From positions 2,433,087 through 2,497,086 of the forward strand of contig CP070761.1 of the NCBI GenBank assembly GCA_020348985.1: a stretch of 64,000 nucleotides of DNA, written 5' to 3'. Positions 28,657 through 36,802 of the stretch are shown here, piece by piece; position 1 is the first letter of the stretch; each line of letters starts with the position of its first letter. Source of the stretch: Candidatus Thorarchaeota archaeon. Lineage in GTDB: Archaea > Asgardarchaeota > Thorarchaeia > Thorarchaeales > Thorarchaeaceae. The notes under the pieces were generated by a model. That model was given only the letters and a program-made list of their open reading frames with translations, made no database searches and was not told the origin of the DNA. The position numbers and the translations under genes are program-made.

Positions 28657-28791
28657 GGCTCAATAGAATTGATTGGGGGTTGAGCCCGAGCTTGGGAACA
28701 AAAGAGAAAGTAGGTAAATTCGCGTGGTTAGGAGGGGAGATATGTAGTAGGCTCCCAAGCCGGACTCCTACGACGAATTAAATCAATTCCT
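28657..28791 (-). ncRNA. Candidate structured (pseudoknotted) non-coding RNA
   Basis: Five complementary segment pairs of 6-9 bp within 135 nt, three extendable by G-U only on the minus strand. Confidence 0.4.
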
Positions 28792-28896
28792 AAATAAGGC
28801 TATTAGAAGGGGCAAAAGTCTGCGCGGTCTTTCTCTGAACATTGAGGAGCCAAAAAGAGAGTCAACTGATTTGACGGGGGGTGCCTGCATGGCACA

Positions 28897-29256
28897 CTAG
28901 TATCCCCACTCTTGCCCCAATCTTTGGCGATACCAACGCTGGCCACGTTTGGTAAGGGAGTACTTCCCGCTAATCTCTTGAAGTAGTCCCATCTGCACCA
29001 TACTCTGAAGGACCCCGAAGAGCTTGTCATCAGAAGCACCTGTTGTTTCGCGAAGCTTTGCGAAGCTCATCTTCCCATCTCGTCTTAACAGCTGCGCTAT
29101 GTCGAATTTTCCAACCGCTCTAGTTTCCTTGCGTGACACAATCTCGCCGCAGTTTGTGCAGATCAAGTCGCCTTTGAGATCGTCCCTGGCAACCTCTTGG
29201 CTACCGCATATGGGGCATGTGGCCTTTGAGAATCTCAATGAACGACGGTGTGACAT
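28897..29256 (-). CDS. TFIIB-type zinc ribbon fused to winged helix
   Basis: CPICGS..V..D...GDLICTNCGEIV; then wHTH ending GLLQEISGKYSLTKRG. Confidence 0.75.
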   Translation of the reverse strand: MSHRRSLRFSKATCPICGSQEVARDDLKGDLICTNCGEIVSRKETRAVGKFDIAQLLRRDGKMSFAKLRETTGASDDKLFGVLQSMVQMGLLQEISGKYSLTKRGQRWYRQRLGQEWGY

Positions 29257-29322
29257 CTTTCTTGCCTAATGAGAAGCCAAGCGAGTGTTGATAAAACTAG
29301 CGAAGCGGTGTCTGTTGGGTCT

Positions 29323-29826
29323 TCACTTGCTGGAGCCCAGCTCAGAAAAGAAGGTGTCATAGTCTATCTCAAATGGCACTCTCATTCCTGGTCGAACTTT
29401 CTTTGAGCCTTTGTCAACCTCAACATAACCTAGAGATGCGAGTTCCCTTAGGTCCGCACGCACGCCCTGTAAGCTCTTCTTTCTTAGTTCCCTGACTTGG
29501 TCAATTCGGACCCAGCCCCCCTCTTGATATGCAAGAGTGATTACAACGAGAAGCGTTGCAGCCAGGCGATCTGGCAGAGCTGAACCGTGGACTTCGGCGT
29601 CGGCTTCAACCACTGCGTCGAGATAGTATACATGATGAACTGGATTGTGACAAATCGCAAGGCCAACCGGTGTCAGTCTTCTGTGAAGTCCTGCGAGCTT
29701 TCGATAAAGCGGATGTCGTCCTGAGACTTCAGGAAGTCCCAATGCTTCTAGCATATCATCCACTGAAGCACCAATGGGGTCTCCTGTCCGGGTGAGGAGC
29801 CTGATGAGGATCCCAAACTCATTCAT
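29323..29826 (-). CDS. KITE (tandem winged-helix; Nse1/Nse3/ScpB-like) SMC accessory subunit
   Basis: WH-A ending L..RL..VGLAI..VYYL; WH-B ending LRELASLGYVE..RPGMRVPFEI; overlaps kleisin stop. Confidence 0.7.
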   Translation of the reverse strand: MNEFGILIRLLTRTGDPIGASVDDMLEALGLPEVSGRHPLYRKLAGLHRRLTPVGLAICHNPVHHVYYLDAVVEADAEVHGSALPDRLAATLLVVITLAYQEGGWVRIDQVRELRKKSLQGVRADLRELASLGYVEVDKGSKKVRPGMRVPFEIDYDTFFSELGSSK

Positions 29827-30487
29827 TGTGCAGCGCCTCCTTTCCCAGCCTCACGATGTCCTTCGCCTGAGGGTCATATATCGCCGTTCCATCAGAGACC
29901 ATGAGGATCACATAGAGGAATCTTCGCAGCCTCAGCTCTTTGCTGTCAGTTGTGAGAATCTTGACGAGAGGAATCTTCTTATCAACCGGAATCGATGTAA
30001 TGAAGTCCTCCATTTCTTTTGAGAAGGCAACATCTTCAGATCTCAGTATTATGTCACGTGCACTGAATGAAATTGAAGGTATCTGGTCCTCTGGACCCTC
30101 TCTGGATATAGCGTCAATGAAGCTCAGCATTCTTGCTAACGAGTCGTCCAGGGATTTCTGACTGAGCCCCTTCAGGACTAGTGGTTGACGATAGCGTATC
30201 ATCTTTGATAGTTTTCGGCTACTCGTCTGACTAAGTTTTTCTACATATCGCTCAGGTGCCCCAATGACTCTAACAAGCTCCTGTACACGATTCACTTTAG
30301 CAGACAGAATTCCGTTGAGCAACTCGTCTACTTCGATTTTGGTGTGGACTTGCCCTGCTGCTATCTTCAGCTCTCGAAATGCAGGTGTAAGTTTGACATC
30401 AAGGGGGTTGAGCTCCCCTTGCTCGATCCTTCTTGCAATGTTGAATATTCTCCTCGAGAGATCCGTTATCGGTTTCACTGCACACAT
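29819..30487 (-). CDS. Kleisin (ScpA/Nse4-like)
   Basis: N-term IEQGELNPLDVKL..ILSAKV; C-term wHTH RRFLYVILMVSDG; GGAGGA RBS before ATG at 30487. Confidence 0.72.
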   Translation of the reverse strand: MCAVKPITDLSRRIFNIARRIEQGELNPLDVKLTPAFRELKIAAGQVHTKIEVDELLNGILSAKVNRVQELVRVIGAPERYVEKLSQTSSRKLSKMIRYRQPLVLKGLSQKSLDDSLARMLSFIDAISREGPEDQIPSISFSARDIILRSEDVAFSKEMEDFITSIPVDKKIPLVKILTTDSKELRLRRFLYVILMVSDGTAIYDPQAKDIVRLGKEALHNE

Positions 30488-30494
30488 TCCTCCA

Positions 30495-33400
30495 TCATCC
30501 TGAGAACCTCGGATTCTCAATTATCAACGAGGGTTCACTCCCTCTAGGCGCTGCAACTCCAATGATTCTGTCTGCATTGCGCAGGAGGTATGTGCTCTTT
30601 GCTGGTGTAAAAAGAACGAACTGACTACTCAAAGACGAGTTGTGAAGCAACTTACCAACGAGTTCGGTGTTCGTGGCATCGAGAAAAATGTCGATTTCAT
30701 CCAGTGCATAGATTGGATTTGAGTTGAGCTTCTGAAGAGCAAGAATCAAGGCTATGGCGATAAGCGACCTTTCTCCTCCAGAACCAGCGCTCAATTCAAC
30801 AAAGGCCTCGGCCTTAATGCGGGATTTGAACTCAACACCATATTGCCCATCCTTGAGAAGCAGCTCGAATCGAACGTCACCAGGAAACTGCACTCCGTTT
30901 AGGATATTGTTGACCTGGTTTTCAACCCCAGAGATTGCATCGCTCATTTCGTTGTGATATTGTTCTCTAATGCTTTTCACAGCAAGTTCTGCTTCTTCAA
31001 GCTCCAATCCTAGCTCGGCAGACTTGACAATGAGTGAAGCAAAGCGATTTGAGAGCTGTGACTCTGTGAGTGCAATAGCTTCTGACACATCACGATAGTC
31101 CTCCAGAACGTGTCTGATACCCACAAGTTCTTCGTAGACGGACTTTGGGTCTCTGACGGATTCGGGTTGTTCATCAAGATTCAGCTCTGATTCAATACGT
31201 TGGGTCTCCTGCTCCAGACTGGTAAGCTGTTTCTTTGTCTGTGCCACAAGTCGATGACTATCCTTGATCCTCAGATTAATCTCAACCAGGTTCTCTCGCT
31301 GCAAGCGAATAAGATCCCTTCGACTCTCGAGGTCGCTTCTCAATCTCTCCAATTCATCTTCCAGTTCTACTTGAGACTCTGCAAATCCTTCAATCGTTGT
31401 CATTGCTTCAGCCGCAATCGACTCAGATTCCTTAACCTGGCTTCGTAGATCAGTTGCGCGTTCAGAGAGCATGGCGATGCTCTCCTTGAGGCGGGCAGAT
31501 TCTCCTTTCCTGTTTTCCTCCTCAGCTTCCGATGCCGCTAAAGCCGCCTCGACTGACGAAAGATCTGACTGTAGGCTCCTCTGCTTTGTCCGTACGGCGT
31601 TTTGTGCGGCAATAAGCCTACTCCGTTCAGGAGGCTGAGCATCATCTAGTTTCTTCAGCTTTCTCTCAGCTATCCCGAGGTCTTTTTGGAGCTCCTTTAG
31701 CTCTTGATCCCCTGAAGCAATCCTCTCCTGCAATTCCACGATGCTTTCAGACAGTCTCTTCCTTCGATGCCAAGTCTCACTCCAAGCCCTAAACTGACTA
31801 AGCATGTCCAGAATCTCTGATCTCTCATCTACCAGGGCCTCAAGTCTAAGCGCTGCGTTGGTAATCTGCTTGTTCACGACTTTTGCTTCTGCTTCTGCGC
31901 TGGCAAGCTGCGCTTGCAACGGAGCTGACGAGATAATGCCGGTGGGCTCTCTTAGTGGATGACTGACAATACTTTTGTTCTGATGACTGTGAATGTGCCG
32001 GTCCAAAGAGACTGCATTTAGACCCGTCTTGGTTGAGACCCTTGTGCACGCAGCGGCAGTCGATGTTAGAACATACTCACCGAATGCCAGCCGAAGAATC
32101 CTTCGTGTCTCTGGTTCAAGTTCAAGCGTCTCCCATAGCCATCCTTCGACACCACGCCCCTTCGGAAGTTCAGGCAACACTCTGCCCGGATTATCATCAG
32201 ACACCAGAATGATTGGCGAAGGGGCTGAGACCTGATCTCGCAGCTTCTGCATAAGGCTGAAGTCAGCACTTTCTGTAACAATGAAGGCAAACACCATGTT
32301 GTCAGAGAACAGAATCTCCAAGACTTCACCAAACTTCTCTCCGGAGGGAATCAATTCTATCAGAGGACCAGCAACGGACGCAAGCTCATGATCTTCGATG
32401 GATGATTTTAGTTCGTGGACTGACGCGGGAATTCTTTCCTTCATTTCAGAGAGCTTTAGCTTTGTCTTTTCCATCCGTTTTCTGATTTCTGACAACTTGC
32501 TCCCGGCTCTAATCCTCTCTTCATTCACAGACTCAATCTCACGTTCGATTCCTGCGAGCCGCTGATTTAGCTCCCTTTCGTCAGTCTTCTCTAGTGCTTG
32601 CCAAGTGCTTTCCCATCTTCTTTCCATGGAATGGAGCTCGGCCTGCTCAACTTGGAGGCGTTCCATGAGACTTCTGACCAGGAAGTCCCGTGATCTGATG
32701 TCTGCCTGAAGGCCCTTGTAGGTTCCATATGCCTCAGCTCTCTTCTTGTTCCACTTGGAGAACCTCTCAAGAGCGGCTTCGATTTCCGCTCGTTCAGTCT
32801 CTAGCTCGGCAAAGGACTGACGCAGTGTCTTCAGTCGTTCGAGCCTTTCTTCCTTCTGTACTGAAGCCCGCTTCAAATCGCTACCAATCTTGTCCAGTTG
32901 TTTCCTATCCTTCTTCAACAAGTCCTCGGTCTTACTCAACTCCCCTATCAGTTTCTTATCTTCTTCTCTGAGATGATCGATTCTTCGTTTCTCTGCTTCA
33001 ATCTTGGCTCCGATTCGTCCGATTTCAACTTGAATACTATCGATTCTCTTCTGAATGGCTGAAGCGTCTTCTTCGTCAGATTCTAGTTCATCTTGAAGGG
33101 ACTTGGACTGATCAAGTATTTCAAGGAGTCCAGATTCTCTTTCCTCCACTTCCTTCCTAATAGACTCAACTTGGCCATTCAGTTCTTGCCGCCTTGCCCA
33201 CTTTGCTTCTACCTCAAGTTCGCTTTCTCTCTTCTGAAGCTCGCGTTTCTTTTCGAGTCTTTGCAGGTCCCGTTTGATGAATCTCAGCTCTGTCTCAACG
33301 GCTTGAGATTCGATTAGCGCATTATCAAGCTCCTGTCGACTTCTTGCCACTCTAGTCTCTTCCAAGGAGATACGATCTCTCAAGGCATAGAGACCTGTTC

Positions 33401-33863
33401 CCTCTTCTATCAACGTGCGGACGGCTACCGGGTTCATTCCACGTATGGAGTTAATCTTCTCTTGAGGCATGAATACGAGATCGTTGTCAACATCAAACCC
33501 AAAGGAAGAAACCAGTTCGCGAAGTTCCGCCGCTTTGACACGGCGTCCATCGATGTAAGGGCGTGGGATACTTCCTTTGCCTATCCTTCTGGTCAGCTTT
33601 CTACTCTGGCCATTAACCTTGACACGCACCTCAACCTCCGCAGCCGAAGCTCCATGTCTTATGAAATCACTCCACTTTGGGTAACGATCCTCTCGCTGGT
33701 TTGAGCCAAGCGCGAACTTGAGAGCCTGAAAGATTGACGTTTTGCCTGAACCATTGGGTCCAACGATCACGGTCAAGCCAGAGTCCAGCTCAACAAATCC
33801 TTCATAGAACGATAGGAAATTCTTCAGTCGCACCGATTCGATGTATACTTGGTTGTCACCCAC
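30495..33863 (-). CDS. SMC ATPase, Smc5/6 (ClsN-related) type
   Basis: LKNFLSF, GPNGSGKT, Q-loop FMPQE, coiled coils, hinge GPLIELI, SGGERS, LDEIDIFLD, QFVLFTP. Confidence 0.88.
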   Translation of the reverse strand: MGDNQVYIESVRLKNFLSFYEGFVELDSGLTVIVGPNGSGKTSIFQALKFALGSNQREDRYPKWSDFIRHGASAAEVEVRVKVNGQSRKLTRRIGKGSIPRPYIDGRRVKAAELRELVSSFGFDVDNDLVFMPQEKINSIRGMNPVAVRTLIEEGTGLYALRDRISLEETRVARSRQELDNALIESQAVETELRFIKRDLQRLEKKRELQKRESELEVEAKWARRQELNGQVESIRKEVEERESGLLEILDQSKSLQDELESDEEDASAIQKRIDSIQVEIGRIGAKIEAEKRRIDHLREEDKKLIGELSKTEDLLKKDRKQLDKIGSDLKRASVQKEERLERLKTLRQSFAELETERAEIEAALERFSKWNKKRAEAYGTYKGLQADIRSRDFLVRSLMERLQVEQAELHSMERRWESTWQALEKTDERELNQRLAGIEREIESVNEERIRAGSKLSEIRKRMEKTKLKLSEMKERIPASVHELKSSIEDHELASVAGPLIELIPSGEKFGEVLEILFSDNMVFAFIVTESADFSLMQKLRDQVSAPSPIILVSDDNPGRVLPELPKGRGVEGWLWETLELEPETRRILRLAFGEYVLTSTAAACTRVSTKTGLNAVSLDRHIHSHQNKSIVSHPLREPTGIISSAPLQAQLASAEAEAKVVNKQITNAALRLEALVDERSEILDMLSQFRAWSETWHRRKRLSESIVELQERIASGDQELKELQKDLGIAERKLKKLDDAQPPERSRLIAAQNAVRTKQRSLQSDLSSVEAALAASEAEEENRKGESARLKESIAMLSERATDLRSQVKESESIAAEAMTTIEGFAESQVELEDELERLRSDLESRRDLIRLQRENLVEINLRIKDSHRLVAQTKKQLTSLEQETQRIESELNLDEQPESVRDPKSVYEELVGIRHVLEDYRDVSEAIALTESQLSNRFASLIVKSAELGLELEEAELAVKSIREQYHNEMSDAISGVENQVNNILNGVQFPGDVRFELLLKDGQYGVEFKSRIKAEAFVELSAGSGGERSLIAIALILALQKLNSNPIYALDEIDIFLDATNTELVGKLLHNSSLSSQFVLFTPAKSTYLLRNADRIIGVAAPRGSEPSLIIENPRFSG

Positions 33864-33878
33864 GCTTCCCGTTCTCCG

Positions 33879-34952
33879 CTATTGCCTTCCCATGAGTCTT
33901 CGCAGTTTGTCAGCACTTCTCTTTGCCTTCAACAGACGCATCAAGCGCTCTTCCGCACTTCCCATTATCAGAAAGGGGAACTTGCCGAGGAAATCCAGGT
34001 CTTTCTTTGACAGAGGCAAACTGGAATTGAGAGTCTCAATGACACGCTGAGTATCGGAATAGCTCTCCCCTACCGCCTCCAAGTAGAGTTGATCAAGGAA
34101 CTCCTCCGGATACTCAAGCTCAGTTGTCTCAACAGAGGGGAATCGCCGCCCCGATGTCCTTGCGATTAGAGAATCGACATACTCTCCTCGGCCCACCGGG
34201 TGCACTCCGCTCTCACGAATGAGCCTCTCTAGGCTCTCTCCAGAGAATGAGTCGGCCTCGATCTCGTCATTCATCAATATGCTCACAGCAAGGTGTTTGA
34301 CATCGATAAAGCTCCAGCCATCAGTCAACTCTGCTAGCTGCGCAACATCAACATCCTCGCGGTTTCTCAACACGTCCTCCAATGCCCTGACTCGGTCCTC
34401 AAGAGATGCGCTATCACTGACTAAAAGACGGTCGAATGTTCCCATCAGACTTCTTTCCAATGCATCTGGTTTACTCGTTGAAGCTATTACTAGAACTTCA
34501 TCCTTGTCCCAAGTGGTCCTTTCTAGCTCGTCAATAAGAAGTGCTGTTGTAGGGGTGCCGCTTGGACATAATGATTCCAGACTCTGTATGTACAATAGAC
34601 AGGGTGAGCTTCTCTTCGCAGTCTCAAAACCCGTCTGGATTGCTGCGTTTACGTACTTTGGTTCTGAGAGAATGTTGCTAATCCTAAAACGCAAGATTCT
34701 GAGGGGCACCTCAATCCCAATATAGTCGATGAAAGCTTGGAAGTCGGTTCCTGGTGGTCCAACTAGCAGTACCCTGCCTCCAAACTCAACTCCTCTTTCG
34801 TCGAGTGTTGACCTGACCCCTTCGTGGCGTTTGATGATAGAGTGAAACCATTTCGCTTTCTCACGAATAGAGTATTGACTAAGTCGACTTGCTGATATCC
34901 GCTCGGGGTCTATCAGCTCCAGTGCCTCAGCGAGTGTGTCCTCTGTTCCCAC
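33879..34952 (-). CDS. Catalytically inactive classical-clade AAA+ protein
   Basis: Walker A GPPGTDFQ, Walker B LLYIQS, SRH STSKPDALERSLMGTFDR, lid LAELTDGWS; GTG at 34952 taken as start. Confidence 0.75.
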   Translation of the reverse strand: MGTEDTLAEALELIDPERISASRLSQYSIREKAKWFHSIIKRHEGVRSTLDERGVEFGGRVLLVGPPGTDFQAFIDYIGIEVPLRILRFRISNILSEPKYVNAAIQTGFETAKRSSPCLLYIQSLESLCPSGTPTTALLIDELERTTWDKDEVLVIASTSKPDALERSLMGTFDRLLVSDSASLEDRVRALEDVLRNREDVDVAQLAELTDGWSFIDVKHLAVSILMNDEIEADSFSGESLERLIRESGVHPVGRGEYVDSLIARTSGRRFPSVETTELEYPEEFLDQLYLEAVGESYSDTQRVIETLNSSLPLSKKDLDFLGKFPFLIMGSAEERLMRLLKAKRSADKLRRLMGRQ

Positions 34953-35083
34953 GGCTGACCCGCCTAGAACGCGGCAATCGCATGAATCCATATTACGTCT
35001 TCGGAGGGACCTATATTCCGCGCCCTTCTCTGCCCTCTAGCAAACCATTAAGGCGCTTTCTCTTCCCCCATCACTGGGTCCGA

Positions 35084-36802
35084 ATGAGTAGTCCAAGCGA
35101 ACACTTACGTGAACAGGTTTGGCAGGTCATTACCACGATTGAGAGTAGAGGTCTCTATGTCCACTCGGCAGACCTTCTCGTCAAGTATCAAGACACTGGG
35201 ACGAAGGAAGGTCGGGTCCGGACTCGTAGAATTCCATTGATTGCAGGCATGTGTGTCCTGAATGCTCTCGTCCCCCGTTCTGCAATACTACTCGTTGGAG
35301 GTCATGGTGGCGGGAAGACTACGCTCATCAAGCTCCTAGGAAGAATGATGACAGGCAGACCCCTTCAGGAAATTGATGAGGGAATCCTTAGAGGACATCC
35401 TCAGCTTACTGAAGAGAAGATGGTTGCAACGCTAAAGCCAGGTCCGTTGATGAAAGACGGGGTCGAAGTTGTTGTCTGGCGGCGGTTTGTAACTGATTTC
35501 TGGAAGCTGATAGATGAGGTCAATCGCCTTACACCACACGCTCAAAACATCTTGCTATCTCTGCTTGCCGAAGGTGAAATGAAATACTATGATGAGACCT
35601 ACAGATGTGAGGAATACTGCCTGTATGCTACTCTGAATCCTGCAGATGCTGGAACGTTCGAACTTTCACCCCCGTTTCTCGATCGTTTTGGCGCAGCAGT
35701 ACCAATCACAATGCCCACAGTAACGGATCTTGAGCTCATTCTATCCTCGAGGGATGAGCGTCTGTTTGGATACGATGAGCTTTGGCAAGTCCCTGCGCTC
35801 ATGAAGGAGGAAGAGCTGTTAACAATATGGAATCTAGCTGACAAGATTCCGGTTTCAGAAGAAGCATCCGGATTCATGAGGTCTCTAGTCAGAGAGTTTG
35901 GCGCATGCATTAGGACAGACAAGAGCCAATCAAGAGACCTCACCGTTGAGACTGGCCTCTGCGATGGCTGTCATTTCAATACTGCGAAGAGTGTATGTAA
36001 CAAAGTAGTTATCCCTCTTAGTGTTCGTGCAGTCAAGGATCTAAACAGGTATGCCAAAGCTGCAGCTTGGCTAGTAGGTGCTGCAGAGGTTGGGGTTGAG
36101 ATAGTCAAGTCACTGGCTCCTCTAGTCTTCTGGCACAGAACGAGTTTTGCTTCAGATGAGCTTGACAGGTCACCCTTCTACGGAGACCGCTACATCTACA
36201 CAAAACATCTTGTTGAACTAGCATCTAGTCGATTCGCACAGAGAGACGCTGCTCTGAGAATCATTGAGCAGCTGGAACAGGGAGCAGCACCTGTCAAAGC
36301 ACTCGATGAGTTGAAGGAAATGGGGAAGAGTGATCTCATTGTTAGGCTCGACTACGTCCGTTTCGCCAAGGAGCTAAGCAAATCCCGATATGTTAAGATG
36401 ACACAGGGGATAGAGAAGAGCATCCACAAGAAGGACGCAGAGAAGCTAGCCAGAATCCATGATGAGCTGATGCATGATCCTGAGTTTCCAAATCGCAGCA
36501 TGCTTCTAAACAAGGTTTCTGAGGCTCTTCATAGGCTAACTCTATCACAATTCTCTCTCACGTACGAGCAGTGGCAAGAGGTCTGGACTTCAATAGGCCT
36601 ACGCTTTCCAAAGATGACCAGTGTTCTTAAAGAAACCCTGAACGCCCCAAAGCGAAAAGTGATCCGGACTGACGGACTCACACTTGTCGTGTATGTTACT
36701 GGTGACACTCCTACCTCGTCTGTCTTTCTCGAGATTTCCGGTGGTCCCGGGGCAATGGAAATTCGAGAAGACATAGAGACTCATATTGCTGGAGGTGAGT
36801 AG
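35084..36802 (+). CDS. MoxR-family AAA+ ATPase with Cys-rich insertion
   Basis: GGHGGGKT, LIDEVNR, ATLNPAD.GTFELSPPFLDRF, SVR; C..CDGCH..C insert; ATG at 35084. Confidence 0.85.
   Translation: MSSPSEHLREQVWQVITTIESRGLYVHSADLLVKYQDTGTKEGRVRTRRIPLIAGMCVLNALVPRSAILLVGGHGGGKTTLIKLLGRMMTGRPLQEIDEGILRGHPQLTEEKMVATLKPGPLMKDGVEVVVWRRFVTDFWKLIDEVNRLTPHAQNILLSLLAEGEMKYYDETYRCEEYCLYATLNPADAGTFELSPPFLDRFGAAVPITMPTVTDLELILSSRDERLFGYDELWQVPALMKEEELLTIWNLADKIPVSEEASGFMRSLVREFGACIRTDKSQSRDLTVETGLCDGCHFNTAKSVCNKVVIPLSVRAVKDLNRYAKAAAWLVGAAEVGVEIVKSLAPLVFWHRTSFASDELDRSPFYGDRYIYTKHLVELASSRFAQRDAALRIIEQLEQGAAPVKALDELKEMGKSDLIVRLDYVRFAKELSKSRYVKMTQGIEKSIHKKDAEKLARIHDELMHDPEFPNRSMLLNKVSEALHRLTLSQFSLTYEQWQEVWTSIGLRFPKMTSVLKETLNAPKRKVIRTDGLTLVVYVTGDTPTSSVFLEISGGPGAMEIREDIETHIAGGE

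Noticed and set aside
29323-34952. Wadjet (JetABCD/MksBEFG) call for the SMC operon
   Set aside because: No Toprim/JetD nuclease is present, gene order differs, and head motifs are Smc5/6-like
34889-35083. N-terminal extension of the MoxR ORF
   Set aside because: Overlaps the divergent AAA gene and promoter; ATG at 35084 is more plausible
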